Shown one piece after another: positions 39,845 through 52,100 of a stretch of 64,000 nucleotides of DNA. A program made the translations under genes and the position numbers. Source of the DNA: Harriotta raleighana (taxonomy: Eukaryota); NCBI GenBank assembly GCA_050575255.1, contig JBNZDD010013549.1, positions 615,283-679,282 on the forward strand, in the 5' to 3' direction. The notes under the pieces are model-generated. The model was not told where the DNA came from. It saw only the letters and a list, made by a program, of their open reading frames with translations, and ran no database searches. Within the stretch, counting starts at the first letter, position 1. Every line of letters starts with the position of its first letter.

Positions 39845-40270
39845 GTCCCACTCTCACCACTGACCCACAAGGTCGTGGTTTCAAAATCCGCTTTGGGACT
39901 TTGAACTCATATAGTCTAGGTTGACGTTCCAAATGCAGTTCTAACGAAGGGGGTCGTGGATCCGAAACGTGGCCTCACTTTCCTTTCTCCATGGATGCTG
40001 CCTGACTAGCTGAGTTTCCCAGCAACTTCTGTGTTTTTTTTCCCCAAATGCAGTGCTGGGGGGAATAAATACTGTACTGTTGGATTTGCTATCCTTCAGA
40101 TGATATGTTTCACTGCAGTCATGTCTGCTGGTTCAGGTGGATGTTAAAAGAACGTATGACGCTAGATGGAAAGAGAAGGGTTTTTCTCACAGTTGTTCTG
40201 GCCAATAGTTCCCCCATACAAAATAAGTAATTTTGTTTCATGTACAATTTTGGTGGGATATTACTTGGGC
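39845..40270 (+). mobile_element. Old DeuSINE (SacSINE/AmnSINE1-like) interrupted by a short insert
   Basis: Head cactctcacc..aaggtcgtggtttcaaaatcc and Deu core ccttcagatgatatgtt..tctgctggttcaggtggatgttaaaagaac..gttctggccaata. Confidence 0.7.
39940..40043 (+). mobile_element. ~104-bp short retroelement (Penelope-type terminal sequence) with 11-bp TSD
   Basis: Flanked by CCAAATGCAGT at 39929-39939 and 40044-40054. Body ctaacgaaggggg..ccgaaacgt..tctccatggatgctgcctgactagctgagtttcccagca. Confidence 0.7.
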
Positions 40271-41185
40271 TGCCTTACACAGGAAAGTTCTTTTTTTAAC
40301 AGAAGTATTTTTTGCACAGCAACAATCTGCTGAAATTTGATGAGTAATGAACCCTTCATTACTTTTAAATGGATCATTTAAAAAATGTATACCACACCTA
40401 CAGTACATTAAATCATCTTAAATAGCTCATTCTTACCCCTAAAGCCACTGTGTAATAAACTGCTGTTCCAAATAAAAATAAAATACATTCATTATGTATT
40501 TAATTGGGGCCAGATCCAAAGATCATTCCATAGTTATGAAAATTAGAAACAAGAGGAATTGTTGAAGTTAAAGTTTTTTTTATGGATTCTGGAATTGTTT
40601 TGACATTCGAGTTATAACATTCCAATACTAAGATGTACAAATATGAAACTACTGCAGTTTTATTAATTGTTTAACTGACTGCATTTGAGGTATTATTTTG
40701 TGTTTTGTACTGTCAAGTATTCTGCTTACTAGGTATTCTATTGTAGNTTATTAATTGTTTAACTGACTGCATTTGAGGTATTATTTTGTGTTTTGTATTC
40801 TGCTTACTAGGTATTCTATTGTACTATGCTATACTGTCAGTGAAAGGGTTTCTAGGCCAGTTGGTGATGATTAAAAAATTGTGGAGGTCATTTATGTTGT
40901 TAATTATCTGAGAAACCTTGTTGCAGTACTATCAACTCAAATACTGCTTTTTTGGCGTTTTTATTGAACGCACGCTCTCAATGTTAAATTATCACACTGT
41001 TCGGGTGTTTGTCTATCACAGGTTTGTTCCTGCCTAACAGCTGCATAAATAATTTTTTAAACTCTTCTGTTGTGCTCGAATGCAATGGCAGAGAGGAGCG
41101 CCCAAACTAATACTGAACACATGGACCTGTGAAAATGCCTTGAATTGTCGTTTTAGGGAATAGAAACAATGATGTAATCATCATG

Positions 41186-41462
41186 AGCTGTAGCTCAGTG
41201 GTTAGAGCACTCGCCTCGCGAGCGAGAGCCCTGGGTTTGATTCCAGGCTGGGCAAAATCTTGAGCAAGTTTCCTTCCTCCACACACCTGACAAAAAATCC
41301 TCAAAAAACCCCAATAATAAATTGGTCATTTCAATCCATGACTGTTTGTGGGACACCCACAATTATATAGCCAAATTACTTCACAGTATATTCTGTGAAA
41401 CGCTTTGAGACATCTAGAAAAAGTGATGAGGCACAATATCAAATGCAAGTGTTATTATTATC
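41186..41462 (+). mobile_element. Full-length tRNA/Deu SINE
   Basis: Head tagctcagtggttagagcactcgcctcgcgagcgagagccctgggtttgattccaggc, with family body and tail. Confidence 0.9.
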
Positions 41463-43492
41463 ATTAATGTAACATCACTGCAAAGAATCTGCGTTAGCAT
41501 TGAGTTGCTAACAGTGAAACTTTGCAAACCGTCTCCATTTGACGCCACTGTGCAGCTGTAATTAATGTTTTTGGTTTCAATTATTACATTGTTTGAAGCA
41601 TTTTTTATTAGTCATTCTTTTTCAACATTAACAAAGATCAAGAAGTTAAAGGGCCACTGAATCCCACTAGCCATCGTTTCTCTTCATGAAAAACAATAGC
41701 CTTTTACAAGCTTCCATTTGCTTTTCACTACGTCAGCCAATTTAGCTCGCAATTTGCATCTTTTACGAGCCACAAGTTATTTTCCACAAGTTTACTGCAT
41801 AACAGCTTATCAGATGATATTGGTGTCCAAATATATCTCAAATTTGCTAAGATCTTTTAGGAGCACTTTAATGTTCAAGCATTTGCTTCATTTGGGTTAT
41901 CTAAATATGCCAAAGAGTCTTTTTTGTACTAAAAGCAAAATCTGGACTGAGTTCCTCCTCCTCCTCTCAAAGGGCCATCTTGGAGACTTCTGGGTTTGAA
42001 TCGTTGCTGTGATGTTTCCCTTGTGAAACACTGATGAGAAAATAATCTAACATTCCCTATCTCTGGTCCCAACCATAACAGACTTTGAGAAGATGTTAAT
42101 GGGGCAAATGATAATCATGAACACTTGGATGGGTCTAACAAGCAACAACACGACTAGGAAATTGAGAAATTAGAGGGATTGACTCTTTGACTCCAATGCA
42201 AAGAAAATACATTAAAAAGCAACCTGGGGCCTTTGATTTCCTTTGTAGGCTCCCCGAAGGTTTGAAGATAAAAAGATACAACACTGAGATGTACATTGAT
42301 GTAAGATAAAGAAAGATGGAAAGTAGCAGGTGTATCTCTCCCTAATACTTGCTCAGATATCTCTCTAATGTGGCTTCATTTCCTGACTATACTGAGTCTG
42401 CATTGTATATAGGCAAATGTATATTACCTAGACTCTTCCATCTGCATTTGGGTGAATCTTAATATCACAAAACGCAAAGATTATTTTAGGATCCTTCTGT
42501 GTACTTTACCCATGCTTTAAACATCTGACAAACATTTCAATTAAGAGAGAGGACGTTTTGTATTGGAGAGGTACAGAGTGTTTTTGATCAGCACCAGAAA
42601 AAAATGCACACTGACATTTAGTACTTGTACTTTCCAGTTGAAATTGGATTTTTTTTAACCTGAAACATTCATGTCCAAATTGCAGCAACTGTGAAGCAGT
42701 ACTGAGCAAACGTATTTAGACATATATGTTGGGTTATGTTACATGAAATACAAAGTAATGATGTCACATTTATCAGGTGTTATTTCAGGTCATGGATGAA
42801 ACCTTTTTTTGTCTGATCCTGATTGTATTTTGTAGATTCCCAAATTAAAGCTGCCCCCAATGAAATTGGCATGTAGAGGTGATGGCTTTGTACTGAGTAT
42901 CAAGCTGTTCACCTCTGTTGACCAGTAACTGTCTCTTATTTTTTTTATAGGGCTATTAGAAATCAGACTAAAATGTTGGTAAATTCCGACCTCTGACTGT
43001 GTACAAACACTTGTAACTTCAAAGAAACTCATTTCTGGCTCTAACCTGGAATCAATTCAAAGACACATTACTCCAAATGTTCACCAGATTTCTGGCCTTG
43101 TAGTTTTGCCTATCCATGTTTCCACAATGTTACCTTGCTGATCGCACAGATCATTGTATACTAAAACCCTGTGTCTGGCTATGTATGCACAGACACAAAT
43201 ATTTGAAGCACAACTGTATACTATGTCTAAAATGCTTGTATGCAGATTCTAATAATGCACACGCACACAAACACACTCAGTTCATGTAGTTAAACAAAAA
43301 TGTTTTTTTCTTTGGAATAAATTTAGTTCAACCCACAGATACACATAATTAAGCTTTAGGGACTCACAAACATGCAATAAGATTTTTTTTAAACTGAGTT
43401 CCTTATGCTATATACAGTATTCAATTGTAGACATTTCTTCCTACTTTATACAGCAACAATTTTCTTTTCCCTGCTCTGCGGAGTTGAAAATA

Positions 43493-43685
43493 TTGGGGTC
43501 TAATTCACGGTATTGCTTAAGAAAGGAATTATCGGAATTCCCATTGACCAGTGATGACTGGACATCAGAAACTGCTTGCGTAAGAGCAGAAAATACCTGC
43601 AAGTCAACACTGGCTGGTCTCTAGTCAGGGAGGCGACACGTTCGTGTGACAAGATTCCTTATTAATACCCTGAATTAGACCACAA
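43493..43685. mobile_element. MITE-like element with ~22-bp terminal inverted repeats
   Basis: Left TTGGGGTCTAATTCACGGTATT vs right reverse complement TTGTGGTCTAATTCAGGGTATT (2 mismatches). The interior is non-coding. Confidence 0.7.
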
Positions 43686-44754
43686 GAAATGTTTGTTTCA
43701 TTTCCTTCAATTCCTCAAGTTCTGAGGAATTCAGTACAAAGCCTATTTTGGGTGATGTATCGAGAATGACAATACCACACAGTTGTCACCTTATTCCATG
43801 GTAATTTGTCAAAATGAACCAACAAATTATTTGAGACATTTAATGGAAGCTGAGGCATAATAATGCAAGGGAAATATGCAGTGGGTTTGGTTATATTTAT
43901 CAAAGGATAAAACATGTGGTTGATTTTTCCTATTTTGGTTCCCCCATCGCGTTCACTGTCGGAAACTATTTGAAAGTGAATATTTCCAGTTTTTAAAAAG
44001 TTGTGGAAATTTGGGGGGGGGTTTTATTTTAATCCTCAGTATTAAAACAGCTTTTTATATTTTGAAGTTCTACTTTCACNAAACTATTTGAAAGTGAATA
44101 TTTCCAGTTTTTAAAAAGTTGTGGAAATTTTTTTTTTTTTTTTTTTAAATCCTCAGTATTAAAACAGCTTTTTATATTTTGAAGTTCTACTTTCATAATT
44201 ATTTTTAGTCTGTGTTTCTCCCAGAGCCTGATGCAATTTCCCCCCGCCCCAATTGACCTGTCAAGTCTTCTCATAACTTCAACTACATATTCACTCTCTA
44301 GTTCAGTGGATCTTTACCCTGTGTCCTGCTCCCAAAGTCTGCGGAACTTCTAGAGGAGGAGATAAGAAACTAACATTATTTAAGAGATTCAATTTTAAAA
44401 GGAGGATTGTTGATGAGACTTTCTCTTTAAACATTTCTTCCTAAAACCTCTGGAGTTCAATTGGCAATGTTACAGCACATTCCAAGCTATCATTGCAATG
44501 AAGCTTCCCTGGAATTGCGTTTGTTTTCCAGCCCATCTATCCAGCTACAAACACTCACCTGCATTAACTCGTCTACAAGAGTGTGAAATATAAAGGGGGA
44601 TATGTTAGATGGATCAATGTTTCATAAAGTTCCTTGTATTTATTAAAACGTGTTAATGGGCATCATCCTATGATCCTAGAGGTTGAAATTGAGTACAGTA
44701 TTACAGTAAATCATAATCATGATCTTTCACGTGTGTGACCTGCGTATGAACCCA

Positions 44755-45132
44755 GTCCAGTTTTGATTTCAAGATCCTCACCCTTGTCTTCAAAACCCTC
44801 CACTCCTCTGCACCCACCTACCTCTCTGACGTCCTCGCTCCTCAAACCAGCATCCGTTGCCTTCGCTCCACCGGGTCTGGCCTCCTCCGTGTCCCCCGAA
44901 TCCACCGCTCCACCCTCGGCGGCCATGCCTTCAGCCACTATGCCCCGAGGCTCTGGAACGCCCTCCCTTGCTCCCTCCGCCTCGCCCCCTCTTTTTCCAG
45001 TTTCAGATCCCAGCTAAAGACCTTTCTCTTCGACTGTGCCTTTGGTCACCTTTCTACCCCTGCCTTGGTCCGGGATCCGCTATTGTGAAGCGCTCTGAGA
45101 CGCTGTCCAGTGTGGAGGAGACTATGTAAATG
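44755..45132 (+). mobile_element. L2 LINE 3' end
   Basis: Motifs DFKILTLVFK.LH..APTYLSD, AFSHYAPRLWNALP and LKTFLFD, then tail gtgaagcgctctgagacg. Confidence 0.9.
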
Positions 45133-45390
45133 AACAACAACAACAACAACAAAATTACACTCGTATAGCACATTTTATGTTGGGAGGACGTCCCAAGCGC
45201 TGATCAGTCAGGTCGGGACCCAAGCGAGGGGTAGGAGATCGAGGGGAGAGGGAAGGAGAGTGGGAGAGGGGGAAGAGTCGGGGGGGGGGGAGGGGGAGCC
45301 GAAGGTGCGGTCGAAGAGGAAGGTCTTGAGACCGGTCTTGAAGGAGGAAAGGGAGGAGGCAAGGCGGAGGGACTGTGGGATGGAATTCCA
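45133..45390 (-). mobile_element. Second L2 3' end, opposite strand, nested in the tail of the previous one
   Basis: Minus-strand translation LWNSIPQSLRLASSLSSFKTGLKTFLFDRTF, with a (GTT)n tail at 45133-45152. Confidence 0.9.
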
Positions 45391-45804
45391 TAGTTGTTCA
45401 AAGTTGTTGTTGTTGTTTGTGAGATGAAAGTCTCCTCGATACTGGCTGTACCTTGTCCGTATACAATTAACAGCCTCAAAACCAGCTCTTTTGGGAGTTG
45501 ATAAAATGGCCATCTCATTCAGAGAACTCAATTTCCTGCATGAAGAGATAACTAGTGGGGAAGTGGAATTCTAACACCAATGTAATCATTTGAGATTGTG
45601 TTCAAACAAATTGTTGGGACAATGTAACAAGAACTCTAGCTGATCTGGCAGGGTTTTGTCTTATTCACACCGAGACTCGGTGGGTTTGCTAACAAAATCC
45701 ACATGGGCAGATTCCACAGAACTGTCCCTCTTATTACCAACAGACAGCTTCGCGACTGTGTTCAATAAACCAGTCCATTTGTGTAGATTCACACATGCTG
45801 GATG

Positions 45805-46140
45805 ATAAGAAGAAGAAGAATCCTTGCATTTGATGCAGCGCTTTACACATCTCATCAACGTCTCAGAGTGTTTCACAGAATATACTGTGAAGTGAATTGA
45901 CTGTATATTTGTGGGCAAAATGTGGCAGCCAATTGCGCACAGCAGCGTCCCACACAAACAGTCGTGGATTGAAATGACCAATTTTATTATTGTGGTTGTT
46001 GTTTTTTTTGGAGGGATTATTATTAGGCGTGTGGAGTAAGGAAACTTGCCCAAGGTTTCGCCCCCTGATCTGCTTGGATTCGAAACACAGGTTTCACGCT
46101 TGTAAGGCGAGTGCTCTAACCACTGAGCCACAGGAGCTCC
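45805..46140 (-). mobile_element. Full-length tRNA/Deu SINE with probable 8-bp TSD
   Basis: Head ggagctcctgtggctcagtggttagagcactcgccttacaagcg. GCTGGATG occurs at 45797-45804 and 46147-46154. This element accounts for the 167-aa ORF at 45661-46164. Confidence 0.92.
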
Positions 46141-46965
46141 ATAGGAGCTGGATGCACTCGCCATAGACTCTCAATTCCTACGTAACACAGACGTAGCAAT
46201 GGGTTTTTACATAAAGCGAGGTGGGGGTTGAAATAAGGCAGCGAAACCCAAGATGATGGTGGAGAATACATCAGTCGGCGTAGGAGGCGATTACAAGTTC
46301 TCACTATGTATTTACAACAAGCATCAAGTATAAGAGCAGCTTATTCCACAAGCGATGCAGTAGCTGATTGCCTATTGCAGATCCCTACCTGCTGCCGAAG
46401 GTGAGATCAGCAAACTGAACACAGACAGGGATTTGAACCCAAGTTAAACGCACCGAGACGCCATCCGGTGTGAAGGGCTGCTATATAAATGCAAGTTGTT
46501 GTTGCTCAAAGTCTCTGTTGTACCAGGCTAGGCCATTGGGAGGGGGAAGCTCAGCTCAGCAAAAAGAGTTTGTTTTTCCTCCAAAGTGATTTACATCAGC
46601 AGATTTGTTGAATTATGAATACGTTCGTTTATATATAGTGTCAAGTGAACATCAGATTTTATTCATATTTCAGAATAAATATGACCTCTGTTTGCTACTA
46701 ATAAATGCAATAAGGGAGAAAATGTTCCATTCCTAGTACGTACTCGGATGAGATTCAACTCAATCCTCCCACATAGATTTGTAACTGTACAACAGAATGC
46801 TTTCCACTTTAAAGTGAAGCACAATTGGCATCAATAAACTTTTTAACTCATTTATGAACTATTTTTAGAAAGCAAGTTACCCAAAATATTCAGGAGAAAT
46901 GAATTCTGCCCACCACTGCTCTCTGAGTGCATATTTTTGTAAAAATAAAAGTAATTTGATTAACT

Positions 46966-47139
46966 CAATCCAAGACTGTTTGCGGGGACGCTGCTGCGTG
47001 CAATTGGCTGCTGAATTTCGCCCACAAATATACAGTCAATTCACTTTACAGTACATTCTATGAAGCGCTTTGAGATGAATCGAAGATGTGATAAGGCACG
47101 ACAGCAAATGCAAAAATTATTATTACTGTATTATTATTA
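46966..47139 (+). mobile_element. 5'-truncated tRNA/Deu SINE
   Basis: caatccaagactgtttgcggggacgctgctgcgtgcaattggctgc... plus family tail. Further fragments lie at about 1-45, 25860-26040, 26240-26335, 34710-34780, 38595-38650, 38930-39005, 49525-49610 and 50720-50820. Confidence 0.85.
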
Positions 47140-48567
47140 AGTTGTTTTTCTAATGGAGTAATCGCTCAAAGAATTGATCACCAATTAATTCCTGATTCAA
47201 GTGGGTCTAATCCACTCAGGACAGGATAAAATTAAAGGGCAAATAATCCACAAGACAGTCCTCACACAAAAAAAATCAAGTTCATTGATTTCAGTCGATG
47301 AACAGAATTGGTATTTTTCATAGTCTGGGGAAATTGAATTTACTGCTAAAGATCTGACCCGGATCAGGACACCTTGGAATGGAGATATTTCATATTTCAT
47401 AAATATTTACACTCTGACGCCAGCCATTCTGCTCAAAGCAAATGCATTTGTGGCCTGGCTCATAAACTCCTATGTACATCCTTAGGCAGCAACGCATGTC
47501 CTTGACTTTCAATTCATTTCGTTGTAAAAGTAAAAAGCTTTTTGCTGCATGGAAGAACTCGGGCAAACGTTTGTAGACTCAAAAGTGAAACAAAAAAAAA
47601 GCAAAGTTTGACAAATAAGAGAGCTGATATTTCGTGGCTGGCATATTGTAGCAAGTAGCTTCACGTGTTGGCTGTAGATGCGTACAAATGTACACCAACA
47701 TTGTGCAACAGAGATGGAAACAAAATCTTTTAAGAGGCTTCCATGGACCAAAACAACATCCCAACGATGCAGCGGAGAAAATTTTGAACGGGCGGTTGTC
47801 AACTGAAATTCCGTCATTTCTTAACAGATCCAATGTTAAAATTTATTACTGAATACCAATTTGGATGCAGGAAATTTCCCCCTCCCAATTGTGATACAAC
47901 CGAACAGAAAATGACGCTGTGTGTAGCGAGGTTGTAACTCTATTCCTTCATTTCCATTTGAATCCCCACTGGTTACTTTCAGCCGCCTGTTATTTCGAGA
48001 GAAATCTTCCTTATCCCCGGCTGATAAATACCAGGAAGGGCTGGATCAATTTCCAATACAATGGTTACAATTTCCAGCCAATAAATCCTTGGTGATCCTC
48101 AAAATTATTAGGAGGGGAAGAAAGTTTCGTAAAGCCATTTGCATGAGAACAATCTGCCTTAAAAGAGCTCAGGGCACAAACAGTGTACGTGTTGCAACTG
48201 GTCAGTCGCATACCAAGTGCCCTGGAACACCTCAATCTGACATTCATTGCCAACCACCGTGGAAAGCCACTTACAAAACTTGTATATTTGCAATGAATCA
48301 TCAGAGGCTGAATAAGGCTAATGTGGTAGGAACGCGAGCAGTCAAGTTTAGCGGCATAATGTGAGAGGGGCTGTATAAATGTAAATTATATTGTATTGTA
48401 AAATGTGTCCCTCGGTTTATTGTGCTACATCTGTTTTATTTTCAGATTGCCGCGTTTGCAGTCAAAGGGACCTTTGTTTCTTTTTTTTAACCTAAAAAGG
48501 TCCTTGGAGACATTATGAATTTTAATAAGCATTTCCCAGCTAGGATCCAAATGGCTGAGATTCAATT

Positions 48568-49153
48568 TTTAAGTCAACGTGGGATTTGCTTTTGAGACAT
48601 GTGATTTTATTGTCTGATCACTGCTCAATCCAGTCCCTATTTGTTTAGTCTGCAATATCAACAGATAATGTTTTCCTGTTTCATCCGTTGTCTGCATCTG
48701 TGCTTACATCCCACATGTAAGGCACCTACTCCCCCTCCCCTCCACCACCACCACACCGTGTAAATAACACTCCCCAAGATTATAAAGTAAGCTTCCCCGG
48801 ATCCTGTCGATGCAGCTGTGCCCAACCCACAGCAAGTCAAAGCAAAGCAAGTCTCCTCCATCCCTAAGGAGGAGCATCACTTACCACTTCCCCAGAGAGC
48901 TCCAACTGAGATCAGGCATCCCAAACTGAACACAAATAAAAGGCTGACGGCCTCTTGGTTAGGACTGCCTCTGCCTATAATTACACACCCAGCAAATAAC
49001 CACAAAAGGACTATTCTGATGAAGCCCCGATTGCATCTGAAACCACACGAGTGTCACTTAATCTTAAAGTTTAAGTCAACGTGGGATTTGCTTCTGAGAC
49101 ATGTGATTTTATTGTCTGATCACTGCTCAATCCAGCCCCTTTTTGTTTAGTCT
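48568..49153. repeat. 84-bp direct repeat pair (48568-48651, 49070-49153)
   Basis: Two copies differing at 3 positions, separated by 418 bp, with no N involved. Confidence 0.88.
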
Positions 49154-52100
49154 ACACTATAAACTGCTCAGACAGCAAATTCTTTTTCTAAACGATCGGT
49201 TGGTTCGCAACCCGCCCCTACCGAAATCACAAATGGCTTTAGTCAAAGCAAGTTTGTAATTATAGGAAAAATTGCTGCAATTAAAAAGGAACGGCAACAT
49301 GGGAGCATGTAACTCATTTCAGTCTATCTGCCTGAACAACCAGCAACGAACGCATCGCTCCTTGAATTCAGAGTTTTAGGAACTTTTACACCATCTGCAG
49401 GGAACACAATTAATCGTGTGTTTTACCATCACATTGCAACACAAAAAGCATAGCTGGTTATCCAGAGCTTTGGGGGAGGTGTAAAGAGTTTCTGCAATGG
49501 TATGTGGGTAGGCCTTGCCATAATAATAATACTACTAATAATAATCCTTGCATTTGATATATCACATCTTATCACATCTTCAAGAAGTCTCAAAGTGCTT
49601 CACAGAATATAATGCTTGAGATGAGTTCACCACTTAGGTAGGGTACATTATGCCAATTGGAAATGAGATATTGTCTTTCAAATTATCCAAATTACATTCT
49701 TTTTTAAACAAAGGTTCAACTCCACAACCAATTAACGCTACAAGTCAGTAGCCATTTGAGTAGAGCGGGGGGGGCATCAAACACACATGGAGCAGACCAG
49801 GAGCAAAGAGTATGTACATGTCAATGAGGCAGAGGAGAGGGGGAGGGAGCAAGTTGGAAAACTTGGTTTGGACATCATCTTTTTACGGTTGCCTTCCCTC
49901 CAGACCCATCTGCATTCCTCCCTTAGACGCATTATACCTTCCTTCACAAGCTGCCAACTTTTTAATTCAGCACAGCTTCCAGTATTGTGGAAACTCGAGT
50001 TTCCTCAGACGCAGTATATTTTAGACGTAGGCAATGTTTCGTCGCATGACGACTCACGGGAAAACGTTCTCGGCGAAACAAACACATCGAAGAATCAACA
50101 GATGTGTGTGCAGCAAGTGGATAGGGCGAGTCGGATGGAAGGCTGATTAATATCACCAGAGTATCTGGTAGTTATGTAACAGTCATGAGCGAATGAGTCA
50201 CTTCCATGTATTCATAGTTGTACTAATTTCACATGGACAGGCAACATGTTAAAGCAGCCATACCTAGCTTTGGAGTCTTTAATGATATCGGACGTGCACA
50301 TGTCACAACATGGTAGGCACTGGTAGGAAGAACACTCCTTAAGTTCCCAGAAGTCACAACCAGTTAAAATATTCGTGCAACTAAAATGTGCGTGGGTTAG
50401 GATAGTGGCGTTTCATAACCATGCAATCAAATCCATTATAAAAACGCTGCTAATTTCATCTCTATATCATTATCTCTGCTCCCTGCAACCCACCCATAAG
50501 AGAAAATAATAACTGTTTATAAGGTTCAACCTCCAGGATTTCCTGCTGATAGATTCCACAGTATTTAATTTCATTTCAGGATGACCACCAGATTGTGTCT
50601 CTCTCCGGAGTTTGCAGTGTGACACAGTCACTCTCTTTTTTTTCCCCCCTTTCCCTTTCTTGCGTAAGCGGATGCAAGACCAGCAGGGGGAGGAAGGATA
50701 CGAGGACTCCTGATAAAAAGAATAATGATCCTCGCATTTGATGAGAGTGCTTCATCAAGTCGTCAAAGCACTTCACAGGATATACTGTAAATTGGTGTGT
50801 GTGCATATTTTGTGGGCGAAATAACTTACACTGACCATACAACAAAAAATGCTCTGAAAGATGTCTTCCTCCATTTGGTTTTGATGCCTCGGACTCAAAT
50901 ATTTTATGAGTACAGTCAGGACATGCACTCCCACTGATCCCCAGGGCAGATCACAGGTGTGTCTGACATCAGGCAGGCTAGCCAGCAGATTTTAATGTTG
51001 TACTGGGGTTATATAAAAACATTTTATGCCTGGTTTGTGGTGCCTCTATTGTGCAATGTAATAAATAAGGGCTGTGGTAGCATGTGAAACACAGGGGTAA
51101 AATTTATCACAACAAACGTGTTATGAAACGTTCCCAATTTTACCCAACAAGTGTGCAGTTAACCANTGTGAAACACAGGGGTAAAATTTATCACAACAAA
51201 CGTGTTATGAAACGTTGCCAATTTTACCCAACAAGTAAAGCCTCACATACGTGTATTGGCTTTTTCTGATTGTTTTCAAATGTTCTTCGTGTCAGCTGAT
51301 ATGGAGACTGAGGAGCAAATTACTGTAGATGGAATTTCACTTTAAGCAACTGTAACTGAGGGATCACTGAATAGAAGCTCGGGATCCGTCTGCACAGTTC
51401 AGCACTTGGCTGTTTGAAGGGAAGATCCGTCCAAATCTAGTTTCTGTGAGTTCCCTTTCTGGGAGGCTCTTTTGTAACAGCCTCCACTTGTTCACAGAAT
51501 AAGGATGCGAGGGCCTCAGTGAGATACCTAATGGAGATTGCTGATTGATCCTGTTATGATTCCATGCATTCCTAAAACTTCATTAATAGTACGTGAAAAT
51601 AATCAAAACGAATGCTGATTCAAGACACCCAGGCGCCCGCTAACATCAAAAGTACCGTTGTTTGCAGCGACTTCAATGATATGGGCTGTTAGCTCGCCTT
51701 CTTTCTAATTTTCTACCACACCAAATTGATTCACATCACCAAGGGACTGGACAGCTTTTATTCAGTTCCAAAATCCAATCTGGTTGGATCTCACTAGCTA
51801 GAATATTTATTCTCAATCAGTTTCTCCAATTTAACCACATCTTGAATTTCTGCCTTTGGCCTGTGGACACCATATCACACACCAAACCGACTTACGTCAA
51901 TTAAACCGGACACAAATAGTCGATATATTAGCCCAATGCATCATTGGACTTTTGCGTCAATAGATATTCATGTGAAGAAGATTTGGGCCCACTTTTAGTG
52001 TTACTGTACAAAGTTTCCCTATTACAAGTACTTAATATTGTACTCTGAGTGCTTCCATTTTCCTGTCCAATAGATTTGTACAGTATTGTATCATCCATGA

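Noticed and set aside
41186-41255. tRNA-like sequences (also 10253-10310, 36360-36430, 46060-46140) as functional tRNA genes
   Set aside because: They are SINE heads. The anticodon loop varies between copies (CTCGCGA vs CTTACAA), the acceptor stems are broken, and each runs into the SINE body.
45661-46164. 167-aa ORF, the longest in the window
   Set aside because: It is a read-through of a SINE copy with no protein similarity. Similar peptides recur wherever the SINE occurs.
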